Below the pieces are notes generated by a model, which was not told the origin of the DNA, did no database searches, and worked only from the letters and a program-made list of their open reading frames with translations. Positions 1-12,406 of a stretch of 64,000 nt of DNA are shown here, in pieces. Made by a program: the position numbers and the translations under genes. Origin of the DNA: Flectonema sp. DT1601 (Eukaryota). The DNA is taken from NCBI GenBank assembly GCA_964019425.1, contig OZ025800.1:1178001-1242000 (forward strand), read 5' to 3'. The number at the start of each line of letters is the position of its first letter. The first letter of the stretch is position 1.

Positions 1-533
1 TCTTCTTTTTTTTTTTTTTTTTTTTCCTATTTGTCACAAGGACTTAGCTATTTGGGCGGCCGAGTAAATGCCCGGGGTAGAGTCTCGCAGGTTCGTATTT
101 TTGTTTCTATGTTGCATTATGAAACCCCCCAAGGGAGGCACATGTATATTACAGTCTTCTTTCTTTCGTTCTTCAGAATTGAAATAGTGGTGTATTTCTC
201 CCGGTTCGCATTCGCGTGCTGGGTTGGCGTCTGGAGAATTTTTTTTGTGTCTCTTTTTGTTCTGTTGCTTTTGGGTTACCTGATATTTTTTGTTTTATGG
301 CAACCTGCAAACAAGTTCCCAATTCACATCACTCACTTTTAAACACATGTTTCCGTTTTATTTGTATTCTTTTTTCTCTGATCTTGCCTATTTTTATTAT
401 ATTGATGGTTTGCCTGGCTAATTGGGTTGTCGTTTTTTTTTTTTTTTTTTTTTTTTTGACTTCGGGGATTGCTCAATCTCGACTGGCTTCTTAATTGATA
501 AATAAATACCACATTAGGACTTTATGGGAGGGG

Positions 534-570
<37 letters not shown>

Positions 571-1424
571 ATTTTCCCCGTGTGTCGATATGTGTTTCTG
601 TTTTGTATTTTACTTGAGAACTTCAAAATGTTCCCGTTCAAAAATATAAAAAAAGAATGTCGATATAAAGTTACTTTTCGTGTATTCAATTAGTTCTGAT
701 TTTACTATTCCCACTTCGTGTTTTATGCGCTATCAAGAAACCGGTTTCTGTTTCCGCGCACCTCACAACATTTCGGTACGGTCCTTAGTGCACCACACTT
801 GGGATTAATTTTTCAATTCTAACCCTTGTCAGTTCCCCTTTTTGTTGGGTTTAACGAAAAAACTATTTTTTTTCAGAAGCATTTCCTTTTGTTTGTCATC
901 TGCTTTCTGACCCACCCAGTCCAGTAGCACGTCTTGCTCTGGGAAAGATTGTCAAGCATCTGCCCGGAAGTAAGTACTTGTCAGTTATTTTCTAACCCCG
1001 CGCTTTTTAGTTATTCTTATAGTTGCTTGGTTCTGTTATTTTTTATATTTTTCTAAGTATAATCCACTGCTCACATTATTACTCAGATGCTATAACCGTG
1101 TCTGTTATGTGTTAGATGGGTCACTACTTAGGGTCCACATTTTCCCGCCTGTGAAGTCCTCACTTAATAAGCGGTGACACCCCTGTGAGATTTGTTTAGA
1201 GCTTGACTTCATCTGTTTTAAAAACAATAAAGAAAAAAAATTCCACACTTCAAAATAGTCCTACGAGATTCCTTCAGTTCTAATGCTTATCAATAACCCC
1301 ACGGCTGAATGCTATTCAAAGTACCTAAACACTAACCTTAATGTGTTTGACTTGACTTCAATACCGCTACGTCTTTTTGCCGCACCCTTATAATAGCGAC
1401 AGCTCTTTTTTCTCAATTCATTTT

Positions 1425-2292
1425 GAGACATATAGGGCTGGGAGGAATTCTTTTGCTCTTATTTAATCTGTTTCTGTATAAATATCAGTCAAAATTATTT
1501 TTTGCGACCAAATTCGATGAAAAAACTTTTCAAAAAAAAAAAAGAAATAGTAAAAATTTCGATCAAAGCGGCATTTTAATGCTCTGCATCGTTCGGTTCA
1601 CTTCCGTCCGAAATCGGGAGGTTGGCATCCCATGCTTGTCACTTAAATCGAGAAAAAGAGATTTTATGATCTACTAAATCAGCTCAGCCGTGGACAAGTG
1701 CTAAAACTAAAAAAATAATCGAAGTGTCTACTGTGACACTGCTGACTCAGCGGGATCCAGAGAAAAAAATTCGAGCAAAAATATATTAAAGAGTACTAAG
1801 CATGTGCCAGTGAGGCAGGTTGTTACTACTACCAGTCTTTTTGAACTTACTTTGAGACCATTCGGTGATATTCTGAGTGAGTTTTCGCTAAGAAAAACTG
1901 GGTTGGTTAGTTAGTTCTTGGTGCAAATCTCTTGAGGGCAGGGGGGAAGGGAAAAAAAAAGTAAAAAAGTGAAATTAGGGTTTTTTTTACTCAGATTTTC
2001 TCGATCTTTCCATTCTAGGTCTGGGATTAATATTTATCATTGAGTACTACCAAGGAAATCCTGCAAAGAGACATTTATCTCCTTTTAGCAGCACTAACTA
2101 TGTTTAAAAGTACATCCCTGCCTAATTTGACAGATCACACCCTCCCCGATTCCAAAAAAAAGAAAATCGATGTTGTGTAACCTGCTCAGGCAGTGAGAAA
2201 ATAGTTTTTTTTGGTCGCAAAGAAATAATTTTGACTGCATATTGTTTTTGAAATAAAATTTTTTTTATAAAGAATTCTTTTTATTTAGTCTC
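1425..2292. mobile_element. MITE-like non-autonomous DNA element with degenerate long terminal inverted repeats
   Basis: cagtcaaaattatttttt(t)gcgaccaaa (1486-1512) is the reverse complement of tttggtcgcaaagaaataattttgactg (2210-2237). Patchy inverted similarity (gaattcttt, gagac/gtctc) extends to about 1425 and 2292. There is no internal coding capacity and no clear target-site duplication. Confidence 0.55.
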
Positions 2293-3584
2293 TATCCATC
2301 CACTTTACTGAGGTCATTACCCTAATAGATTATGCGACAGTCATGTGGTACATGAGTGAAAGTTAACTCGTACCCATTGCTATTTAATATGTAGATTTTT
2401 CTATTCTATTTCTTATTGAGTAATCTATGCCTCTACATGGCGATGGCGGTCTTTGCCATCCAGTATGGGATTAGGCCTGTTTTTTTTGTTAGTAATTTTT
2501 TTTAATTTTTTTATTGTAACTTTCCTTATTATTTTCCCTAATCGTCTATTTTAATCATACTGTAGCTACTGGTGTTTCGCCATACCAACGTTTTTTTAAT
2601 ACCGTTTTTTTTTTTATAAACCAACGGTATTGTCACTGCTTTCTGAATTCTCCTACTATTTGAAAGCCCAATTGCGACTTTTACACAACTGAATAATATC
2701 ATTGCCGATGAGACTATTCTGTATATACTCTTAACAAGACTACACTGAAAAAATTAAAAAAAATAAAACGATAGTCTTGCATAGTAAATAAATAAAGAAA
2801 AAAAAATTTTTTTTTTTTGTTGAGCCAGTGACAGAGTTGTGGAAGCCTAGGAGATCTCTTACAAGAATAACCTTATAATGGATATCGTGATTACGGTAAA
2901 CTGCTTTTTTCATTTTCTTTTTACATCACGTATTTTAAATAGTATTGTGTGTGGTCCACGCCTATGGCACTATTGAATACCCAAGATGTTGTGTGATAGG
3001 TTCAAACAATTAATGAGTAATCTTTATCTTCCTACCGAATAAATGTCAACAACTACTGTTTTTTGTGTGAGAGCTCTTAAAATTTTTGTACTTTGTAGCC
3101 GTCTCTCCAGACTGTTGTTTCGTTGACTATTACAAGCAAAAAAAAGTCAAAAGAAAAAAAAACAGGCGAAAAATCTGACTACAGTCATCCAGCGAAGTGC
3201 TAAGCCTTTGTCATGGACTGCAGGGTACTGTTTTTTTTAAGGAAAAAAGAAAAAAAAAAGAAATCCCTCAACCTCCTCCCTCACGACCAAGTCATTTATT
3301 GCTATGTTTTATTCTGCCTACTCACTGGGTGCGTGTGCATGAAGGGGAAATATAAATCGATAAAAAGACTCAATTTACAAAATGAGAAAGTATGTGTTTG
3401 AAAGTTTACACATCTGAAAAACAAACAAAAAAAGTGATATTTCCTCCCGACTGCTTTCTTTGAAGCTGTATCGATCCTGTGACGCTATCAAGATCTAATT
3501 AGTAGGAGTTTGATTAGAAAAAATACTTAACTTTATTTATTATCAGAACACATGGATGTTACAAACGTTGAACTAAATACCCAC

Positions 3585-3611
3585 TTATTATTATTATTAT
3601 TATTATTATTA
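3585..3611. repeat. (TTA)n microsatellite
   Basis: Run of tta units just upstream of the gene at 3649. Confidence 0.85.
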
Positions 3612-3648
3612 TATTCCTCCAGTTTAGGTTGGCTGTAAAACAACAACA

Positions 3649-6600
3649 ATGTTGACAGTCATTGTAGTAACACAGATATCATGTACGGGACAGTTTTTAC
3701 AACCCGACATGGGAACTGTTACATCGCTGCAATCTACTTGGGATGTGACTGTTAATCATGTCTGTCCTTCAGATAAATATGTTATTAGACATGGAGGAGA
3801 TTATTGGGATCCTCATGGAGATAGGAGATGGACTACAGATTGCGCACGTCCATTAAGTACATTCACAATTGATACTTTAAACTGTTTTACTACTTCACCT
3901 TTAACTGATACTGGTTGTGATGATATTCCTAATAAAGGTCCAACTGTTAGAGACTCTCCTTGGTCAATAGAATGTCCTGCTGGTTTCGTTATGACTAAAC
4001 TTTGGTCAAACCACTTAAATTGGATAAACAGCAGACAGTGGTCATTCACTTGTTGTGCTCTCTCCCCGACTGCTTACATTACGGAGCACACTCGCACTCC
4101 TCAGACGGCGTTTACGGCACCGCTGGAGCCGACTATTAATCTGATACCGCTAACGGATAATACGATTGTGGGGTTTGATACCTTTCGTCTTAAAAATATT
4201 AAGGATCGTGAGTGGGGAGTGACCAGCGCTAAACTTTGCGACACTCCACCCCTTACGGCTGTGCCAACAGATGTACCAACAGCGGTTCCCACAGCAGTAC
4301 CAACCGCGATTCCTACCGCAATCCCAACAGCAGTGCCAACTGCGATTCCAACAGCAGTTCCAACCGCTGTGCCCACTGCAGTACCAACCGCGATTCCGAC
4401 CTCAATCCCAACTGCGATTCCTACAGCAGTTCCAACCGCTGTGCCCACTGCGGTACCAACCGAAATTCCGACCGCTGTTCCAACAGCAGTACCAACCGCA
4501 ATCCCAACTGCAGTACCAACCGCAATTCCGACCGCAATCCCGACTGCAGTTCCAACAGCTGCCCCTACTTCAGTACCAACCGCGATTCCGACCGCAATCC
4601 CAACTGCGATTCCTACAGCAGTTCCAACCGCTGTGCCCACCGCAGTACCAACCGCAATTCCGACCGCTGTTCCTACAGCAGTTCCAACAGCTGCCCCTAC
4701 TTCAGTACCAACCGCGATTCCGACCGCAATCCCAACTGCGATTCCAACAGCAGTTCCAACCGTTGTGCCCACCGCAGTACCAACCGCAATTCCGACCGCT
4801 GTTCCTACAGCGGTTCCAACCGCAATTCCAACCGCAATCCCAACTGCGGTTCCTACAGCAGTTCCAACCGCTGTGCCCACTGCGGTACCAACTGCAATCC
4901 CAACCGCGATTCCTACAGCAGTTCCGAGTGCTGTTCCAACTGCAATACCAACTGTGATTCCGACCGCAATCCCGACTGCAGTTCCAACAGCTGCCCCTAC
5001 TTCAGTACCAACCGCGATTCCAACCGCTGTGCCCACTGCAGTACCAACTGCGATTCCGACCGCGATTCCGACCGCAATTCCGACCGCAATTCCGACAGCA
5101 ATCCCGACCGCAGTTCCAACAGCTTTGCCTACTGCAGTACCAACTGCGAACCCTACTGCGATTCCGACGGCAATCCCGACTGCAATTCCAACGGCTGTGC
5201 CTACTGCAGTACCAACTGCGAACCCTACTGCGATTCCGACGGCAATCCCGACTGCAATTCCAACGGCTGTGCCTACTGCAGTACCAACTGCGAACCCTAC
5301 GACTGCAATCCCGACAGCTGCTCCTACTGCGGTTTCAACCTCGGTACCTACTGCAGTACCGACAACAGCACCAAACAATAGATCAACTTCTGAACAGGTG
5401 ACTGGAACACCAGATGAGAATCCAAGTTGGCTTCGTGATGACCGACTTGTGGATTTTGAAACTCGTTCTGCAGCCAGCGCGGTCATCATTGGAGCTGCTG
5501 CTATTGCATCGGAAATTAACGTTCCTCTGGTGTTGAATTATTTAATTGTAACTCAACCGTGTTTCATCACTGAGAAACAAAAACTACCACTCGCCTTACA
5601 CATTACCCAACTTTCAGTAAATGACAGCCACTCAAAGGGTGTCATTGTCGCAAGCATTTCTATTATAGTCGTCATTTTCGCCCTTGCTTTGGTTCTGTCA
5701 TATATTGGGAGGGTTGCTTTCCCTTCTGTTAAAGATATGGACGGCCTTATCAGATTTCCTTCCATTCCGTTGTCTGTGTTCTTATGTATATACCAGGGGC
5801 TGGCACTTGGTTCTTTTATTCAATTATTTGCCTACAACGATGTTGTTATTGGATTTATGTCATTGCTTTCATTACTATTGTGTGTCATAATTCCTGGATG
5901 GCTTTTTCGAAGACAGGTGCGTGATGGAAATAAGTTTTCAATCTACGAAATGAATCGCTCAAGAAGACCAATTGCCAGATACCTTCTTGGCAACGGTGAG
6001 TGGCTAAGCAAATCTGAAGATTATCATTGGGTCGGTAGATATATTCACTTTGTTAGAATGTTTCGACCTGGATATTCATTTTTCACAGTCTTTAACTTTG
6101 CTAGCAGCCTAGCCTTGGGGGCTATTGCAGCCATGAAAGTGGAAACGCCAACCCGCTGTGGCCATCTTCGTCTTTTCTCTGGAATAATACTATTCATAAT
6201 GTTGGTGCTCTATGTAAAATTACAACCGTTCGTACGTCGACTAAGCAATCACGTACTCCCTTTTATTATATTCTTAATGTGCTCATCTGTTTTCATAGCT
6301 GCAGCTTCGTACTACAGCATGAACGATAAACTAAAAAGTATCAGCGAAACATTAGATGTGATTTCTATTATTATATTTGCTACTAAAGTTGGATTCGATC
6401 TTTTGTGTGAAGGTTATATTTTAGTGACAAGGCAGAGAGATGATATGCAAGAGGCTCAATGGAAGAAACAGTCGCAGAAAAAACTTCTGACTGAATGTAG
6501 AATCGTAGCACCTGTTGATCTTTCGGGTATCGACAGCAGCTCTACTCGTCAACAGATGATAGGAAATCAGGAAGCGTTTATGCGTTCTCCTCCTGATGAT

Positions 6601-6897
6601 ATGTATTTGAATACCAGTATGACTCGTGAGCGATTTTCGAGTTCTGTCTACTCAGCCAACGGCGATTTCAGTCGATACTTAGAACCTGCTTTGTCTCCTT
6701 TCCCTGCAACTCCATTGAGTCACCAATCCCGAACATCTGCTAATAGATTTCTTTCAACCACTCCAGCACATCTTTCTCCTTATAGTAATATCTCTGTAGA
6801 GCCTAGAGGCCGTGGATTTGATGATGAAGCTTTTCATAATAGCTTAAAACGTCCTTCTTGGAATCTAAGCAAATCAGCATCCATGGTTACAGTCTAA
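3649..6897 (+). CDS. Surface membrane protein (1082 aa): signal peptide, dermatopontin-like head, PT(A)(V/I) mucin stalk, multi-pass TM domain, cytoplasmic tail
   Basis: Long ORF with a hydrophobic N-terminus. Three Cys-flanked repeats (DRRWTTDC, SRQWSFTCC, DREWGVTSAKLC) are followed by about 370 aa of PTAV/PTAI and then multiple hydrophobic segments with LPLALH, GLIRFPS and GNGEWLS motifs. Confidence 0.9.
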   Translation: MLTVIVVTQISCTGQFLQPDMGTVTSLQSTWDVTVNHVCPSDKYVIRHGGDYWDPHGDRRWTTDCARPLSTFTIDTLNCFTTSPLTDTGCDDIPNKGPTVRDSPWSIECPAGFVMTKLWSNHLNWINSRQWSFTCCALSPTAYITEHTRTPQTAFTAPLEPTINLIPLTDNTIVGFDTFRLKNIKDREWGVTSAKLCDTPPLTAVPTDVPTAVPTAVPTAIPTAIPTAVPTAIPTAVPTAVPTAVPTAIPTSIPTAIPTAVPTAVPTAVPTEIPTAVPTAVPTAIPTAVPTAIPTAIPTAVPTAAPTSVPTAIPTAIPTAIPTAVPTAVPTAVPTAIPTAVPTAVPTAAPTSVPTAIPTAIPTAIPTAVPTVVPTAVPTAIPTAVPTAVPTAIPTAIPTAVPTAVPTAVPTAVPTAIPTAIPTAVPSAVPTAIPTVIPTAIPTAVPTAAPTSVPTAIPTAVPTAVPTAIPTAIPTAIPTAIPTAIPTAVPTALPTAVPTANPTAIPTAIPTAIPTAVPTAVPTANPTAIPTAIPTAIPTAVPTAVPTANPTTAIPTAAPTAVSTSVPTAVPTTAPNNRSTSEQVTGTPDENPSWLRDDRLVDFETRSAASAVIIGAAAIASEINVPLVLNYLIVTQPCFITEKQKLPLALHITQLSVNDSHSKGVIVASISIIVVIFALALVLSYIGRVAFPSVKDMDGLIRFPSIPLSVFLCIYQGLALGSFIQLFAYNDVVIGFMSLLSLLLCVIIPGWLFRRQVRDGNKFSIYEMNRSRRPIARYLLGNGEWLSKSEDYHWVGRYIHFVRMFRPGYSFFTVFNFASSLALGAIAAMKVETPTRCGHLRLFSGIILFIMLVLYVKLQPFVRRLSNHVLPFIIFLMCSSVFIAAASYYSMNDKLKSISETLDVISIIIFATKVGFDLLCEGYILVTRQRDDMQEAQWKKQSQKKLLTECRIVAPVDLSGIDSSSTRQQMIGNQEAFMRSPPDDMYLNTSMTRERFSSSVYSANGDFSRYLEPALSPFPATPLSHQSRTSANRFLSTTPAHLSPYSNISVEPRGRGFDDEAFHNSLKRPSWNLSKSASMVTV
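4250..5370 (+). repeat. 12-bp coding tandem repeat (PTAV/PTAI stalk)
   Basis: About 90 units of CCN-ACN-GCN-RTN, with longer blocks duplicated exactly. Confidence 0.95.
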
Positions 6898-6949
6898 TAC
6901 CTTAAAATCAAACTATTTGATTATTTAGTTTGAATTACATCAACAGTGA

Positions 6950-7240
6950 TGTCCCTTCACTGGTAGTATGCCGGTTGAAATCTGACACATGTTGAGCTGT
7001 TCAGTTCAGAACAGCTACCTACTTTATGTAAACCCCTAACACCTATTGCTGTATGTGCAGAAAGTCTCATATTATTAAACCTCAGTATTGGTTGTAGTGT
7101 TCGTTCACTGGTATTACCAGTTGATATATAGCACTTACGGTACTGTGTTGAGGCTGGTTATTTCATAACAGTGTTGCTGCTAATGACCCCCTACCACTGT
7201 ATGTGGTACCTACACCGTACTTGAGACCTCAGTACTGGCG
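6950..7240. repeat. Degenerate two-copy tandem repeat, period about 150 bp
   Basis: ttcactggta..gttga at about 6955 and 7103, ctgtatgtg at 7049 and 7197, acctcagta(t/c)tgg at 7080 and 7226. Confidence 0.55.
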
Positions 7241-10149
7241 CTTCTGTTTCTTTTATTTAATATGTACCTCCGTGAATTCATAACTTTGTGGGTTTCAGGA
7301 TTTCCTAATCCTTGTGTACTTATTTGACAGCAGTGGGATTGCTATTGTTGGTTGTGGCCCTCCCCTCTTTTTCGTGTTGCAGTAACAATAAACCTAGCCG
7401 ACTTAGTTATTCCGTAATGCTGTGCTCTGGAAAATTGTTTATTCTTCGATCTGTTTTTCATGAGTTCTGGTTGTGCTGGTTGCTTTCATACGAAAGTATT
7501 CTTCAGCGCTGACCGTTTTTCTTTTTTTTGTTGTTGTTTGGTTTCTTTTTTAGTTCAATCGCCCGTCTTTCGTTTACCGTTGTTTTACAAGTACGATTGA
7601 GGCGCTCAAAGCTCCGTGTTTTTTTTGCAAGCTTTGTTAGTCTTTTTTTTTTTTGTTCTGTTTTTTTTCAGGCTCATACTATGAAAAAAAAAAAAAAAAA
7701 AAAAAAAAATCAACTATTAGCCACTCTGTTTTTTTTATATTTATTCAAATCGAGATCGACATGTCTCGTTGTGAGGAATTCGAATGCAATTTAAAACAGA
7801 TTTACTTTTTAAAGGAATAGAAAGGATAACTTATAAGTTATTATTTCCAGTAGCAGTGAATTCCCGATATCGGTAAACAGACCTGTTGGAGTCGATTGCA
7901 CCCACCTGATACAACGTCGCACTGCAGCTACTCTCTTAATGTGGGAGTTGTGTTGGCTTTGCAACGTTTGTTGTCATGACCTGATTTTCCCACTTCTATT
8001 TTTCTCATTGTGAGTGTTTTTTTCTTTTTTTCTGTTTCGTATTAATTAACGATTGTATCGTTTTTAAGGTTTCGACTCGGGAGCACTTTGGTACCGCGAG
8101 GTACTGTAAAGCAGGTGCCCAAAAAAGATGTCCTTTTGTTGATATATAAAGAACGTCCACTATCTCATTAGTTCTGTGAGGTGTTCCCATTTTTGCCACG
8201 AATTCGTTTCACTTTAGTTTATTTGTTTTTTATTATTGGTTCTGTTAACTGAGTTGTTAACGTAGTAATTGTTTTGCTGCTGATTGCGTAGTTCTTATTT
8301 ACTTGTTAAAGTAGTGAGATCTTTTGTAGAATCGTAGCATCAGTTGTGGTTTTGGGATGGAGGTTTCCAAGGCTTTAGTTAACATTGAGTTTTTTTTTTT
8401 TTTTTTTTTTTTGTGATTTTTCTGTACCAAAAGCTTCGTTGTTGTCGGCGACAGCGTTTTTTTTGAAATGTTTTTTTTTTTTTTTTTTTTTTTAAATATT
8501 TTCCAATTTTGCTGATAGATTCTCGTAGTTTCCTTTCAGCGTATAAAACTTCAACAAAAGTTTCAATTTCTCTTTTCTTATTATGTCTGGGATTAGATAG
8601 TTTCCTTTTGGACATATCTTCATCTGTTCCCGCTTGTGAGAGTCTTCCTTTGTATGGAATGATTACTCGCTAGCTTGTTTTGGAATAGAATTCCCTGACC
8701 GATATTTTATTTATTTGTTCAACATAAAAGTAGTTGAGTTTCTCACAAAAGCCGCCGTTGTAGTTTTGTGTAAGTTGTCAGTGCGACGCTTGCGGACAAC
8801 TGTTTTTTACGACATTCGGAATAATTGTCTTTTTTTTCATCGGTAAAGACTCGCCGTTGTATACCATGAGTACCATATACACAATATGCGTGTAATACAC
8901 GTTTTTTATCTATCAATATACGGTATTGGCATCTCTACTGACAACCGACAATACTTCTGATTTTTTATTTTTATTTTTCTTGTTTATACAACACACACGT
9001 CAATTACTAACTAACTACTTGTTAACTTGTCATAGTCTGTGGGAGCCGTCAGTGCCCCGTGAGTAATATTGTCTTTCCATTTTTTTTCTTTTTCTTTCCT
9101 GCTTGCGCTGGCTGGTCGACTATGTTCGTTGATATAAAAATATATTATGAGCGATTCGTGTCATTTGTTAGTGACATGTTTTTTCTTTTCTGTTTCTTGC
9201 TTGAATGCAAGGGAGGGATTAGACTAGACCTGACCCCTTATGGATCCAACGATCCTCCAATAATATGGTTCTGTAGATTGCGATCACTTCTCTTTATAGC
9301 AAGTATTGTGAAAACAAACAAACCAAAAAAAAAAAAGAAAAAAAAAAAAAAAGATAACCCATATGGTTATTGCACTAAACTGATCTCCTATTGTTTATTA
9401 TGATGTGAATCCCAAACGCAATAATAACAAGATGAGGAAAGTTGATCGATGAGCCTATCACTTTGTTACATATGGGCTGATTAGTTGGGGTGCTACCATG
9501 ATAATCATTTTTTTTTTTTTAAATTAAGAACTTTTGATTGAGTACTTTTATCGTTCTGTTTTATTGTCGCCTGCACTGGGCGCAGTCAGCAGAATATTTC
9601 GTTTTATTATTCCTATTTAAGGTGTCCAACCTTTTTTCCAACAACCTGCATCTGTGATAATGTCACAGTTGCAAATAAAAAAATATTCCTTAAGGAGAGG
9701 CTTGCTTTTCTTGAGATTCCTTTCTTTATTTTCATTTATTATTTTATGTTTTTCATCTTTTGATTCGCAACCAAAAAGAAGTTACGAAGTTGGTCGAGCT
9801 TAGCTGGTACTAATACGCTATTCAGTAATGAAAGTTGTCGAATAGAGTTAATGGAGATGAAGTGTAGCTGTCTTTGCACAACGTTACTTACGCTCCACAA
9901 GCTTGCATGCGAATATTTATGTTCCTTTTTGGGTTTTTTTTTCCACCTTTGTTCAGTTCCTTTTCCGTCGAATAGGTATTCTCGTTTTAATTCCCTTTTA
10001 TTTTTATTTTTTATTTTTTATTATTATTTCCAATTCTCTTCTCTTTTTATCAAAACAAGAAAGGGAACCCTTTCATAACATCAAATCCATCCTCTCCTCT
10101 CAACGAAGCTGGTTATTGAACTGGTAGTGATATCACAAGGTCAATACTT

Positions 10150-10290
10150 TGTTTAAGCTAGGCAGGGTAATTTAATTTTTCTATAATATTAAAATTACAT
10201 TCCCTTCAGCTGAAGCTAATTCAACAATCCATTGCGACGAATTGTGTCCTCTGACCTCCCCGTAGAGAACTCATAATAAACAGTAAAGGG
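10150..10290. repeat. Structured dispersed repeat family A, copy 1
   Basis: cagctgaagctaattcaacaatcc...gtcctctg...ctccccgtagagaactcataataaacagtaa, shared with the copies at about 10955, 15160 and 24045. Confidence 0.8.
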
Positions 10291-10954
10291 TAAACACGAG
10301 GTCAATACCGCTGTATCCCCTTTACCTTCTTCATTGAAGAGAGCTGGACAAGATGTTTATAATAATGTCCTAAAGACTTATTTCTGATAATTCCCTAATA
10401 TATATAGGGAGTTATGGAAAACTCAACCCCCTTAAGTTCTGAATTACATTATTTAAAATAACAAATAAGTTGAACACTTTGATGTGGATACTTTTATTTT
10501 ATAACTGACTTCTAATAATAATAAAAAGAGAAATATTTAAAAGAATAGACACCCTACGACAGTGTTATGAATTAAAATCAATTTTCTAAAAAATATTTTT
10601 GAATTGACGTAGATTAGTAGACAGTCTTCGTAGGAGGTGTTCTTTTTATTTATTTCGTTCGGACTATGTCCGAAAAAAGCACTTGTTTAAAAAAAAAAAA
10701 AAAAAAAAAAAATTCACTTCCCATTTCATTTTAGTGCGAAATTCACAATTTTTTGTGTACTCCCTCTCTGTCACGGGGAACTGTGCTTTTATGCACAAAA
10801 AAAAGTTCGCATCGGCAAACAAAAATTCAAAAGGTTTTACAAAGAAAAAGTTACAAGAGCTACGGATACGAAGTCTAGGCCCTCATTTTATTCTTTTCTT
10901 TATTAGGCAAAGTGGAAAGCTGAATATTAATGTCCTCTAATTGATTAATAAGTT

Positions 10955-11058
10955 AAATTACATTTATTCAGCTGAAGCTGATTCAACTTTCGGACGAGGT
11001 CCTCTGTTACTGTGAGTTACCTCCCTTAGAGTACTCATAATAACTAGTAACGTTTGGA
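10955..11058. repeat. Structured dispersed repeat family A, copy 2
   Basis: cagctgaagctgattcaac...ggtcctctgttactgtgagttacc...agagtactcataataactagtaacg; 24 nt are identical to copy 4. Confidence 0.85.
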
Positions 11059-12406
11059 CTAAATAATTAAACAACTCTTCTCCCCTCAATGGACAAGCGG
11101 TTCATAAGGAAAATAAAACTCTTGTATATCTTCTCTTCAGGGAAGATATGCACTTCTCTCTCCTGTATTATAGTCCACATCACTTTGGATTATGAATTCT
11201 GCTTCTTTTTTTTTTTTTTTTTTTTTTGTACCTACAAACACATTGTTCGGTAGAAAGAAAAATTGTGGCAGCGTAACTAACCTACCTTTATTAGTAACGG
11301 TTGCGCACCAAACAAAACACAAAAGTGTGAGAAAAAAAAAAAAAGTAAAAAAGTGAAGTTGGCCGATTATTTATTTATTTTCTTAACAACAATAATATCC
11401 TTAAAACAACAACAATCAAATCCAACAACTTACTTGCATCACTTTTACGTTATATTCCATCAATCAACTGAAACATGATTTGACAACAAGGTCACATGTT
11501 GTATATTTTGTTTGTCGGGAAGCTGTTATTCAAGAAGGTTAAGGGACCCAGTTCTGCCCTTTTATTGTTTTATTTTCAATCATTTCTTGTCATTTATCTC
11601 AAGCAATTCAATTACTTTATGAGCGGTATGCCCTCACTTCACACTGTGGCAGGTTAAGGACTGCTCTATGTTTCTTTTTTTATGTTTCCTTTCCTTTTTG
11701 TGCGTCGTTTTTAAGATAAAAAAACTTCTTTTTTGCTGCAAATGGAAAGCAAGTTAAGGACCCACATGAGTTCTTCAAAAGCGATTCTTAACTAGACCCG
11801 CGCCATGTCCTTTTCTCATTTTTGTTAAGCAGCGTGTTGGTTGTTATTCGATTGCAATCGTTGCTGTGTTAAGGTGAAAAAAAAAAAAGAAGAAGAAAAT
11901 ATAAGTGTCTCTCACAAATATTTCTTTTTTTTTTTTTTTTTTTGCTGTCATTCGCGCGCATTGCTACGTCTTCATTTCATTAATTTAAGAGAAAAAAAAA
12001 AAAGAAAAAAAAACCGAAAATCCCTCTATCTCTCGTGAATTCTTATTCATTTCGGACAATGTTCCCGACAGCGTTTCTGTAAACTGTCAATTGCAGCTAT
12101 CGGCTGTGATTGAAAAAATCCCCCTAGCTATAAGTATTTCCTCCTCCTCTCTCCGCTCTTTATCTCTCTATTCAATCTCCCTTTTTTTGTCTTCCCTTCT
12201 TTTATTATTATTGTCTTACTGACATGTAAAATTTCATATTATTTTATATTAGTCGATAATCCTCACAAAGTGATAGGTATTGGTGTGTAAGTGAATAACT
12301 TCGTAGTTAAGTATTATTTTTAAACCAACAGTAATAAAGACACAGATCGAATGACAGAGTTCACACGGAACTATTTAAATTACCTCTCAAAACAGTACAA
12401 CAGGCA

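Noticed and set aside
4250..5370. CRISPR-like regular repeat
   Set aside because: The units are contiguous coding codon repeats with no unique spacers, in a eukaryotic context with no cas genes.
4101..5489. Long alternative-frame and antisense ORFs (GTAV, NSD/C-rich, Q/F/R-rich)
   Set aside because: These are shadows of the 12-bp PTAV repeat, which rarely creates stops in other frames.
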